In this document: in pieces, positions 18,645-27,145 of the stretch
Position numbering within the stretch: position 1 is the stretch's first letter
How the letters are laid out: each line of letters begins with the position of its first letter
Source of the DNA: an uncultured virus (IMG/VR IMGVR_UViG_3300020379_000310)
Lineage: Duplodnaviria; Heunggongvirae; Uroviricota; Caudoviricetes
Virus record (IMG/VR): IMGVR_UViG_3300020379_000310
Strand: one strand, 5' to 3'
DNA length: 64,000 bases
The notes under the pieces: generated by a model
Databases searched by the model: none
Told to the model about the DNA's origin: nothing
The model's input: the letters and a program-made list of their open reading frames with translations, nothing else
Program-made: the position numbers and the translations under genes

Positions 18645-20174
18645 ATGGCAGAAATTATGGATGGAATTATATTTGGCGGACAATTAGAAGACTTTGCTGG
18701 TTCAATACACAAAGAAGATTCTAAAAACATTTCAATGAGAAGGTCTTCTGGTGGTCACAAGATTGCCACCTTTTTGAGGCAGAATGGTTATGAAATTGAT
18801 GTAGTAGATTATGTCCATCGCTGGAAAATAGAACAACTCAAACAATATCTAAAACCAATCGCAAAGGATTGTAAGTTCTTTGGATTTGGTTCTACATTCT
18901 TTTTAGACAGTCCAGTTGTCAAAGAACTGGTTGCGTGGTTAAAAGAAGAGTATCCTAATGTACCGCGTGTCGCTGGTAGTCAAAATGATAGCATGCGTAG
19001 TTTGGACATGGATTGGTATGTCTATGGTTATGGTGAAAATGCCATGTTAGAACTACTCAAACATTTTGATGGTGGGCCAGAACCCATACACTACAATAAA
19101 GTAATTAACTGTTATGTAAATTACAAATCATTTCCAAAAGAAGATTTAACAGTATCCTATCAAGAAAGAGATTTTGTCAATCCACGCGAAATCATGATGA
19201 TAGAGTTTGCCCGTGGGTGTAAGTTTAAATGTAAGTTTTGTAGTTTCCCGATACTAGGTGTTAAGGGGGATTACTCTCGTACAGCACAAAGCGTATATGA
19301 TGAGATGTCAGAAAACTATGACAAGTGGGGTATAGAACACTATCTTGTTATTGACGAAACATTTAATGATAGTTCAGAGAAAATAGAAAAGTTTGCTAAT
19401 GCAATAGAGAAACTTCCTTTCCAACCAAAGATGACCGCATTTATTCGTGGTGACTTACTTGCTTCGCGTCCTAGAGATTGGGACAATCTAATTAAGATGG
19501 GAATTACATCTCATTTCTATGGTATTGAAAGTATGAACCACAAGGCAGCTAAATCGGTTGGTAAGGGGATGAATACTGGTAGGATACAAGATGGTCTATT
19601 AGAAGTAAAAGAATACTTTCAGACAAATGCTGGATACTACAAGGGTCTAATATCCTTGATTGCTGGTTTGCCTTATGAGACTATTGATAGTTTACGCGAG
19701 ACAGTTAGATGGTGTTCTGAATACTGGTCTGACCAGAGTTATCATATGAACATATTGATGATTAAGTTATTAGGTAAACCATCTCTCAATCATAACTCAG
19801 AATTTGATTTGAATTGGAAAGATTACGGTTACAGGGAGTCCCAGTTCCCCAAAGATGATATAAAGTGGGATATGAGTATCAATCCGTTCTATAAGTTCCT
19901 CTATGAGTATGTGGCGACCTCTGGCGAGTACATTATGTGGGAAAATGACCATACTAACATGTATGATTGTTTTAAATTCTGCGTAGAAGAGTTTAGTCAA
20001 GCTAAGTTGAAGAACGCATTAGACCCATTTATGTATGATAAGTTCTTTATTGACCCAACTGTAAAGTGGAGTGATTTTGCTACTGAGACACATATGGAAA
20101 GGAGAGAATCCCATATCTTAGAACATGTGGATGGATATATTCAGTCTAAACTTAATCTTGCATCAAGAGTTTAG
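18645..20174 (+). CDS. radical SAM protein, class B (cobalamin-dependent methyltransferase)-like architecture
   Basis: EFARGCKFKCKFC, DETFN, GIES, GLPYET; long N-terminal domain with GYGE. Confidence 0.8.
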   Translation: MAEIMDGIIFGGQLEDFAGSIHKEDSKNISMRRSSGGHKIATFLRQNGYEIDVVDYVHRWKIEQLKQYLKPIAKDCKFFGFGSTFFLDSPVVKELVAWLKEEYPNVPRVAGSQNDSMRSLDMDWYVYGYGENAMLELLKHFDGGPEPIHYNKVINCYVNYKSFPKEDLTVSYQERDFVNPREIMMIEFARGCKFKCKFCSFPILGVKGDYSRTAQSVYDEMSENYDKWGIEHYLVIDETFNDSSEKIEKFANAIEKLPFQPKMTAFIRGDLLASRPRDWDNLIKMGITSHFYGIESMNHKAAKSVGKGMNTGRIQDGLLEVKEYFQTNAGYYKGLISLIAGLPYETIDSLRETVRWCSEYWSDQSYHMNILMIKLLGKPSLNHNSEFDLNWKDYGYRESQFPKDDIKWDMSINPFYKFLYEYVATSGEYIMWENDHTNMYDCFKFCVEEFSQAKLKNALDPFMYDKFFIDPTVKWSDFATETHMERRESHILEHVDGYIQSKLNLASRV

Positions 20175-21954
20175 TTTCTGGGTCAACCATTTGACTACTG
20201 GTATCTCTGTAGACACCAATTTTCTCTACCTTAGTTGCACCGACACCACTTCCTGTACTTGGCATGGTTGCAGTTCTTATTTCACTTGCTAATTGATTTT
20301 GTGAGGCAGCAGCTGCGTCTGCGCTTCTTCCAAACTCTGCGGCTGAAGCTTCTGAGGTAGCCATATTAATTGTTGTTGGCCCAGTGGGTGATGTTCCAGC
20401 TTGAGTTGATTCAATTGGTGCCATATCAGCAGCTGAAGTTTCAGTGATATTCATTTTTAAAGTACCATCTGGGTTATGCGTGGCACCATATTGCTCATCC
20501 CATGATGCTTGTTTCTTTTCCATTGCCTTAACATTACCACCAGTTAAGCCTGGGTTATCCATACTTGGTCTTGGTGGAGCAGTTCCATCACCTTCCATTA
20601 ATTTCGCCAATTTCTCCTGTACAAAGTCCATTATCATCCCATAGTTTTCTTTATACGCTGGGAAGTCTCCAACAGCAGCAAGAGATGCGTGGGCATCGTG
20701 TGGTCTTGGATCTTCTTCAGTACCAAATGCATCGTTGTATATGTCTCTTGCCAATAAACCAGCATCAATAGTAAGTGACCCAGCTACACTTGGAACAAAC
20801 ATACCAGCTGCCTCTGCACCAGCACCAGCAAAGTCTCCTTCAAATAATCGTGAAATTGCAAATCCTAACCCAGCACCAGCGCCGATAATTGGAATTGCTT
20901 TTAATCCAAATTTACCAACATGTTTTGTAAATGATTTTGCCATCATTTTGGGGTCTGGTTTTGGTAGTTTTGGTTTTTTCATTTTTACATCAACATTATC
21001 GTTAGCTGACGCAACTGGAGTTGAATTGATTGTTGAACGGGCATCAATGGTATCTATAGGTGGAGTATTAACTCTTGGAGCATCTATAGGTTGTTTTGTA
21101 TTAATGTCGATAACATTACTAGTAGGTGATTTTGGTTGACCAGCAGCATTTAGTGATGATGCAACGGATTTACTAGGTGGTTTTGGTAGTTTGCTAGCCA
21201 GTGTAGTTACACCTTTGCCAACAGCTTGAAGCGCGGGTTTCAACATATTGTCTAATGTTTCTGTTAAAATGGGAACACCAGACATTATCTTACCAAGGTT
21301 TTTTGTTATTCTTTGACTGAGGTCACCGAACACACCACCCAGTTCTTCTAACGATTCATCAACTCTATTTCTTAACGCTTCTGATGCTTCTTCAGCTTTT
21401 TCTCCACCACCTAAATTATCAAAAAGACCCATCGCTTGAGCAGCTGCCAATCCTCCGAGTCCAGCAGCCATTCCACTACTCATGCCGCTTCCTTTTCCTC
21501 CGCCCATACCAAGTCTTGCCCTAATAGAATTTTCTGACTCAACTGCTGGCCCAGAAGCAGCACTCAAACCAGAAGCCATAACTGCGGTGTCTCCTTTTAT
21601 ATCAACTAATACTTTTTCGATATCTTGTAATTGATTTACTACTGGGTCTCTACTAGAAACATCTGACAATGTAGATGTGGCTTGTGATGCTGATACTCCT
21701 GTTCCTGCTGATGATATTCCACCACCCATTCCAGCACCAGCAAATTTTCTTTGTCCGCCACCACCGATTCCACCAGCCTCTCCAGGCGCGTTTATTGGTT
21801 CTGGAGCACCAAATACAGCATCTCCTATTCCATATCCTAAAGCAGTACCACCGACTTGTCTTCCAAAACCTCCAGATGCTCTAACGCCAGATTGGGCTAC
21901 TCCTTTGCCGCCTCCCAAGAGTTTTTGACCAAATCTAGTAAAAAATCCTATCAA
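20152..21954 (-). CDS. putative tape measure / baseplate hub protein (gp29-like)
   Basis: 600 aa Gly/Ala-rich protein with GLKAIPIIGAGAGLGFA-type helices; directly downstream of gp26/gp51; TTG start after GGAG. Confidence 0.6.
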   Translation of the reverse strand: MIGFFTRFGQKLLGGGKGVAQSGVRASGGFGRQVGGTALGYGIGDAVFGAPEPINAPGEAGGIGGGGQRKFAGAGMGGGISSAGTGVSASQATSTLSDVSSRDPVVNQLQDIEKVLVDIKGDTAVMASGLSAASGPAVESENSIRARLGMGGGKGSGMSSGMAAGLGGLAAAQAMGLFDNLGGGEKAEEASEALRNRVDESLEELGGVFGDLSQRITKNLGKIMSGVPILTETLDNMLKPALQAVGKGVTTLASKLPKPPSKSVASSLNAAGQPKSPTSNVIDINTKQPIDAPRVNTPPIDTIDARSTINSTPVASANDNVDVKMKKPKLPKPDPKMMAKSFTKHVGKFGLKAIPIIGAGAGLGFAISRLFEGDFAGAGAEAAGMFVPSVAGSLTIDAGLLARDIYNDAFGTEEDPRPHDAHASLAAVGDFPAYKENYGMIMDFVQEKLAKLMEGDGTAPPRPSMDNPGLTGGNVKAMEKKQASWDEQYGATHNPDGTLKMNITETSAADMAPIESTQAGTSPTGPTTINMATSEASAAEFGRSADAAAASQNQLASEIRTATMPSTGSGVGATKVEKIGVYRDTSSQMVDPETKLLMQD

Positions 21955-21955
21955 C

Positions 21956-22090
21956 TTAATTTCTCCATTTATTAGACTTCATATCGTCTGCTTTTTTCTT
22001 TAAATGTTGGACTAACATTGATATATACACTTGCCTTTCCCACGGAACCCAACTCTCTATTTCTGTTAAACTATATTTATGTTCTTGCAT
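21956..22090 (-). CDS. gp51: gp51-like baseplate hub assembly module (short ORF missing from the track; probably also the C-terminus of a gp26 frameshift product)
   Basis: MQEHKYSLTEIESWVPWERQVYISMLVQHLKKK...; the frame stays open upstream through FHENLENYFKTNFLL to the end of gp26. Confidence 0.8.
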   Translation of the reverse strand: MQEHKYSLTEIESWVPWERQVYISMLVQHLKKKADDMKSNKWRN

Positions 22091-22140
22091 AAGTAGAAAG
22101 TTCGTTTTAAAGTAATTTTCTAAATTCTCATGAAAAAGGC

Positions 22141-22842
22141 TTATCCGAAAAAATCGTAATACCCATTCAAAAAGGTTTTGTTATTCTTTTCGCATTTCGG
22201 ACAACTATATTCAATCTCGCTTTCTATCACGGGCATTGACTCAAAAAACTTTTTAAATGCCTTGAATTGTTCTGAAGTAAGGTTATCAATAAATTCTTCC
22301 TTATCTTCTGGACTCAAATCTTCAGATTCAATGATACTGTCTCCAGCAAATATTTTGTCAATACATAGTTCCGCGACCTTAAATACATCCCCTTCTGTTT
22401 CTGACTTACCTAACATCATCATTTCTTTTACATTTGGATATCTCATTTCAACTAATACATCCTCAGAAAGTCTTACTTCTTTTTCATGACCTTCTGTTTC
22501 ATGTAATTTAAAATTACCCAAATCAATAGTGATGTCGATAGCATTTTCACAATGACCGCAGGCTAGTCTCGCCTCTACTGTTTCTGATATTGAAACCTTC
22601 CTTAGATTTAAAAAGATATTTTGCATATCAAACACTGGAAGTTCATCTCCAGAAATTTCACCAAATGAACAGTTCGTGATAATTTGTTGAGTAGCCTTTA
22701 TCATCTCATCTATATCTTTGGTTTCGTTTGCTAATATAAGCAGTTTCTCCTCTTTAACTAGGAAAGGTCTGAATTTTACACTCTTATTAAGAGAGTGTAC
22801 GCGAACATCTATCAGAGGATGTTCTGTCTGTGGTAGTGCCAT
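22141..22842 (-). CDS. gp26: baseplate hub assembly protein gp26-like (paralogue B)
   Basis: MALPQ, FRPFLVKEEK, CGHC, MRYP, FFESMP, CPKC; GGAGG RBS before ATG 22842; ends DFFG*. Confidence 0.9.
   Translation of the reverse strand: MALPQTEHPLIDVRVHSLNKSVKFRPFLVKEEKLLILANETKDIDEMIKATQQIITNCSFGEISGDELPVFDMQNIFLNLRKVSISETVEARLACGHCENAIDITIDLGNFKLHETEGHEKEVRLSEDVLVEMRYPNVKEMMMLGKSETEGDVFKVAELCIDKIFAGDSIIESEDLSPEDKEEFIDNLTSEQFKAFKKFFESMPVIESEIEYSCPKCEKNNKTFLNGYYDFFG
22147..22153 (-). promoter_or_regulatory. candidate -1 ribosomal frameshift slippery heptamer T TTT TTC
   Basis: X XXY YYZ heptamer in the gp26 frame, one codon before TAA; the -1 frame is open into gp51. Confidence 0.7.
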
Positions 22843-22856
22843 ATTATCCTCCAAAC

Positions 22857-23540
22857 CTATTCCGAAAACGACATATATCCATTCATTATATTGACATTTG
22901 TCGCTTCGCACTTTTCACAATTAAAAAATACTTCATTTTCAATAACTGGGATTGTCGCAAAAAATAAATTAATTTTTGCAAACTCATCTTTTGTTAAATT
23001 GTCAATGAACTCTTCTTTTTCTTCTAAGGTGGCATCTGATATTATTTCGCCACCATACTCTACTTTATCGATACACAAAGCAGCTATATCGAAAAAATCT
23101 ATTTGATTGTTTTTTTGTTCTGTTAGTACCATTGATGCGGTGGGATACTTCATTGATATTCTCAATTCATCGCGTATAGTTATGATATTTGTATGTTCTT
23201 TAACAACCTTCATTTTAAAGTTGTCCATATCAACAGCTATTTGATTCTCTTCACCGCACTCGTTACAGAAAATTAGATATTCTGGTGCATCTACATTTGA
23301 TATTTTTTGCAATTGAATCCAGATATTTTGGGTATCAAAAATAGGTAAAGTAGTCGCATCTACTTCACCCAAAGAACAATTTGTTATGCACTGAGATATA
23401 TTCTTGATAAGTGTTTGTGGGTCATCTATGGACTCAAACAATCTTTCTTCTTTTACCAAGAATGGTCTAAAAGGTATTTCTTTATCTAAAGCATAAACAT
23501 AAATGTTTGTCAAAGGATATTCCGCCTTTGGTAAAACCAT
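22857..23540 (-). CDS. gp26: baseplate hub assembly protein gp26-like (paralogue A)
   Basis: MVLPK, FRPFLVKEER, CNEC, MKYP, CEKC; GGAGG RBS. Confidence 0.85.
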   Translation of the reverse strand: MVLPKAEYPLTNIYVYALDKEIPFRPFLVKEERLFESIDDPQTLIKNISQCITNCSLGEVDATTLPIFDTQNIWIQLQKISNVDAPEYLIFCNECGEENQIAVDMDNFKMKVVKEHTNIITIRDELRISMKYPTASMVLTEQKNNQIDFFDIAALCIDKVEYGGEIISDATLEEKEEFIDNLTKDEFAKINLFFATIPVIENEVFFNCEKCEATNVNIMNGYMSFSE

Positions 23541-23557
23541 TACAAACCTCCAAAATT

Positions 23558-24190
23558 TTAATCAAGCCAATCGTTAATACTATTTGCTACCTTGTTGTTT
23601 ATAGCATTTCTAATACTTCCCTTACGGAAGTTAAATATACCAAACAATCTTTCTGCCTCACCAGCTGAAACTCCCCTAGAAGTCCATCTTCTAAAGGCAA
23701 ATGTTACATTAACTCTCACAATACCCTCAGCACTTTGACCCATTGGTAGAATGTTCATAAGTCTTGGAAATGCATCATATAGTTTCCATCGCGTGACTCT
23801 GTTGTCTTCTCTATCTAGGGTGTAAACTTCTACTGAACCAGTGTAATCTTCTGGAAATGCCACTTCTTTGGATAGTGGGTCTGCAATGAGAGTCATCCAA
23901 TTTTCAAAGTAGGTTCTTGCGTCCCAGTTATCGTCACAGAAAAATGTAAACGCTGCTGTATCACCAAAGTATTCTATACCATGCGCTCTTTGTTCTGTCC
24001 AGTGAGATATTTTTGTAGGTGTCCACATAATTTGCAGGCCTGGTATTTGTGCTTCCTCGCACAATAATGATACTTCTCTATCAGTCAAGAAATTAGCAGG
24101 ACTGTTAATTAGTACCTCAAATCTATTTGACCTTGCGAGGTCATTCTTTCTGACTTTAGATATGAAGTCATTTGTTTTAAAATATGCCAT
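23558..24190 (-). CDS. gp54: baseplate tail-tube initiator gp54 / tube-like protein
   Basis: LARSNRFEV, LLCEEAQIPG, YFENW, LYDAFP, VTFAFRRW. Confidence 0.7.
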   Translation of the reverse strand: MAYFKTNDFISKVRKNDLARSNRFEVLINSPANFLTDREVSLLCEEAQIPGLQIMWTPTKISHWTEQRAHGIEYFGDTAAFTFFCDDNWDARTYFENWMTLIADPLSKEVAFPEDYTGSVEVYTLDREDNRVTRWKLYDAFPRLMNILPMGQSAEGIVRVNVTFAFRRWTSRGVSAGEAERLFGIFNFRKGSIRNAINNKVANSINDWLD

Positions 24191-24759
24191 TAAATCATGC
24201 TCCTAGACTTTTGGAATACGGTATTCTTGTTAACATTAAAATCTTCTACTGGCAAAAATATTGCGCCTTTCCAATCTTGTGGATTGATTTCATAAAACCT
24301 TGACCTCATCTGTCTGGTTAAGTATCTTTTGACACATGGTTTTACTTCTGGGAATGTTGCTGAATTAGATAACAGGTTCCAGTTATATCTCATGGTTGTT
24401 TTGTCATCTATTCCCCTGTCGTTTACTGTTTCCATGAGTTTGCCTAATAACTGCGCTCTCATCATATAAGGTAGATAATGCAAATTCAATCCCCAGAATC
24501 CATCATTGGTTGGTTCAAAGGGGAGACACAAAGGAAACGCATCAAAGTACGGTAATTTTTCTTTGTGTTTAGCATCATATCTAAACATGTACATAGAACC
24601 AATTTCAAATTGACTTACTATCTTTCCTATGTCAGATGATATAGCGCTGGACGGACTGTTTACGCCACGCATAATCTGCCTTACTTGGTTCATGTACCAA
24701 TTAAATGACTTTCTTCCAGAGTCGGAGTTGGGTCTTATTTGTAGAAATGGATTTGCCAT
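24190..24759 (-). CDS. gp2: DNA end protector protein gp2
   Basis: YDAKHKEKLPYFDAFP, GLNLHYLP, CVKRYL, FLPVEDF. Confidence 0.9.
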   Translation of the reverse strand: MANPFLQIRPNSDSGRKSFNWYMNQVRQIMRGVNSPSSAISSDIGKIVSQFEIGSMYMFRYDAKHKEKLPYFDAFPLCLPFEPTNDGFWGLNLHYLPYMMRAQLLGKLMETVNDRGIDDKTTMRYNWNLLSNSATFPEVKPCVKRYLTRQMRSRFYEINPQDWKGAIFLPVEDFNVNKNTVFQKSRSMI

Positions 24760-24764
24760 AGCGA

Positions 24765-25205
24765 CTATTTATAATACATTCCCAATTCTTTTTCAGTAAT
24801 TATTTTAAATTCCCATCCTCTATTAAGACAAAATTCTTTTGCTGATTTCCACTTTGCTCCATTGACACCATATTGGGCAATTTCTTGTAAGTACTTTTTT
24901 GTTTTCCTTCTTGGTTCTGGAGGTTTGGTGAATCGTTCTGGTTTGATTTCTATCAGATATGTACCACCAACGGTCTTTAGATAGAAGTCTACAAAGTATC
25001 TGTGTATTTTCATGTCTATGGGTGACCTATAAGGTATCGCTATAGGTTCAGATGCCCACTCTAAAACATCTTGGTTCTTGTCGCACCAATTCATAAATTT
25101 TAGTTCATAGGCAGACCTATAAATAACCTGTGAAACATTCCCACGATACTTTTTTGTGTTTTTTGGAATAAATTTCCCTTGGTGAATATCTTTTCGGTAC
25201 GGCAT
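24765..25205 (-). CDS. gp4: head completion nuclease gp4
   Basis: PKNTKKYRG, YRSAYE, WASE, HRYFVDF, IEIKP, KWKSA, ITEKEL. Confidence 0.92.
   Translation of the reverse strand: MPYRKDIHQGKFIPKNTKKYRGNVSQVIYRSAYELKFMNWCDKNQDVLEWASEPIAIPYRSPIDMKIHRYFVDFYLKTVGGTYLIEIKPERFTKPPEPRRKTKKYLQEIAQYGVNGAKWKSAKEFCLNRGWEFKIITEKELGMYYK
24766..24773 (-). promoter_or_regulatory. T4-type late promoter for gp2
   Basis: TATAAATA on the minus strand, 6 nt before the gp2 ATG. Confidence 0.65.
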
Positions 25206-25207
25206 GT

Positions 25208-25244
25208 TATAAATAGTCCAATAAAATCATAAATACTATTTATT
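25208..25244. promoter_or_regulatory. divergent late promoters between gp4 and gp48
   Basis: TATAAATA at 25208 (+), CATAAATA at 25228 (+), AATAAATA on the minus strand at ~25237-25244. Confidence 0.65.
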
Positions 25245-25256
25245 CGGAGTTTTTAC

Positions 25257-26627
25257 ATGAGCAGTTCCATTTACAATTGGTTAGATGAAAAACTAGGTGG
25301 TATACTGCCAGGCGCGGTGCCACTTGGTGGTGGGGAACGAGACCAAGGCAGTGACCCAGAAGCAGCAGCTAACAAAGTTGCCAATGCGAACTCAACAGCA
25401 ACTGATAAAAATAATACCTCCAAAGAAAACAAAACTGCTACTAGAAGGAAAGTTACTTTTCAACAATTATCTTATCCAGACGGACTAGATAACACAGAAG
25501 AGTTTCCTCACCAAATCATATTCAATGTTTTAATTAGAGAAAGTTCTTTGGAATCTGGGGCAAACTCAGACATACCTAAAGCTGGCCGCGGTGAAACCTT
25601 TATGGACGATATGTCAAATGAAGGTGCAAAAGAAGTAGTAAAAAGTGTTGCGAAAGGTTCCGTTGTAGGTGCTACAGTTGCTTACGGTCTAACTCAAAAT
25701 GCAATAAAGGGTGGTGCTATTGCTGGTCTTGGATTTCTAGGTAAAGATTTTTTTGCAGATAAAGTTGGACAACTAACTCAACCAAAGATGGCAAGAAGGA
25801 ATGTCGCTTCTATTAGATTAGCTATGCCACAATCACCACAAAACAAAATGACTGCGGAATGGGATGTAACCGATTTTGGTGCCCTCATGGGTGCTATTGC
25901 TTCAAAGGATGGTGATAAAGCATTGAAAGATATGATTCGAGATGCAGACATGCAAACTGAAGCTGGACAATCTTTGTTAAGAACTGCCGCTGGTACATTG
26001 AACATAACAAAACAATTAGGATTAAACTTACCACTGCAATCAAGTATAGAATTGATGACTCGTAAAGTGCAGAACCCATTTAAAGAAACACTATTTAAAA
26101 CTATGGGATTTAGGGACTTTCCTTTTGTATTTAAATTTGCACCCAAGAACAGACATGAGTTACTACAGGCATTAAAAATTGTAAATGTATTTGAAAGGTT
26201 TATGACTCCACAAAAATCTCCTGCTAAGTTATTCCTTGAATACCCAGCTGAGTTTGAGATAGTGTATATGTACAAAGGTAAAGAAAATGCTTACTTTACA
26301 AACTTTTTTAATGACACTGCTTTGACTAGTTTCCAAGTTGACTATGGTAACAACGGAATGTATACCGCGTTCCAAGGAACAGAAGGTGCTCCATCTGAAA
26401 TTACTATGAGTCTAGGATTCAAAGAACTTACACTTCTTCACAGAGATGCTATTGTTGACTTCACAGACCAAAAAGAAGTTATGGGTGGATTCGACCAAGG
26501 GTCTATGGGTATAGGAGAGGGTGCTACTATTTCTGGGGAAACACAAATTACACCAGACCCCGCTACAGCAAAAATTACTGAGACTAGTAACGCAGAACCC
26601 TCATCAAGTAGTGGAGACAGTCAATAA
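25257..26627 (+). CDS. gp48: baseplate tail tube cap gp48
   Basis: LSYP, NPFKETLFKTMGFRDFPFVFKFAPKN, FLEYPAEF, FKELTLL. Confidence 0.85.
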   Translation: MSSSIYNWLDEKLGGILPGAVPLGGGERDQGSDPEAAANKVANANSTATDKNNTSKENKTATRRKVTFQQLSYPDGLDNTEEFPHQIIFNVLIRESSLESGANSDIPKAGRGETFMDDMSNEGAKEVVKSVAKGSVVGATVAYGLTQNAIKGGAIAGLGFLGKDFFADKVGQLTQPKMARRNVASIRLAMPQSPQNKMTAEWDVTDFGALMGAIASKDGDKALKDMIRDADMQTEAGQSLLRTAAGTLNITKQLGLNLPLQSSIELMTRKVQNPFKETLFKTMGFRDFPFVFKFAPKNRHELLQALKIVNVFERFMTPQKSPAKLFLEYPAEFEIVYMYKGKENAYFTNFFNDTALTSFQVDYGNNGMYTAFQGTEGAPSEITMSLGFKELTLLHRDAIVDFTDQKEVMGGFDQGSMGIGEGATISGETQITPDPATAKITETSNAEPSSSSGDSQ

Positions 26628-27139
26628 TGTCATTTTTTAAACAATTTCCTAGAACTCTTTATCTTGTAGATGGTACTCTGGTAAACATACCAGATTTATT
26701 TCGCCGTGTCAAACCGAATGAGTTATTTGACAACATGGCTTATCTAAATGAATATGAAGTTCAAGATGGACAAAGACCAGAACATATTTCATACGATTTA
26801 TATGAAACTGTTGATTACTACTGGGTTATATTAGTATGTAACAATATCATTGACCCATATCATGATTGGCCCAAGTCAAACCTAGATTTAGCTGAATTTG
26901 CAAAACAAAGATATGGTGAAGAAAACTTAGGTAAGATACACCATTATGTTGATTCAACAAATGAAAATATTAGGGTTAATTTTGATGAGACAAAATTTAA
27001 TTTAAATCAAATTAAAATTGTTACCAATATTCAACACGAAGAAAAAATAAATGAAGAGAAAAGAAAAATCAAATTACCTAAACCAGAGTTTATAGAAGAA
27101 ATATCTGGACAATTTAGGTCATTGATAAGAGGAAGATAA
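26627..27139 (+). CDS. gp53: baseplate wedge protein gp53
   Basis: FKQFP, RPEHISYDLY..YYWVILVCNNIIDPYHDWP, HHY, NEEKRKIK. Confidence 0.9.
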   Translation: MSFFKQFPRTLYLVDGTLVNIPDLFRRVKPNELFDNMAYLNEYEVQDGQRPEHISYDLYETVDYYWVILVCNNIIDPYHDWPKSNLDLAEFAKQRYGEENLGKIHHYVDSTNENIRVNFDETKFNLNQIKIVTNIQHEEKINEEKRKIKLPKPEFIEEISGQFRSLIRGR

Positions 27140-27145
27140 TACATT

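Noticed and set aside
22843..22911. N-terminal extension of gp26-B given by the ORF track
   Set aside because: A GGAGG RBS and paralogue alignment (MALPQ vs MVLPK) place the start at 22842
24765..25205. TnsA-like endonuclease suggesting a transposon or homing endonuclease
   Set aside because: Motifs and synteny match the core T4 head completion protein gp4
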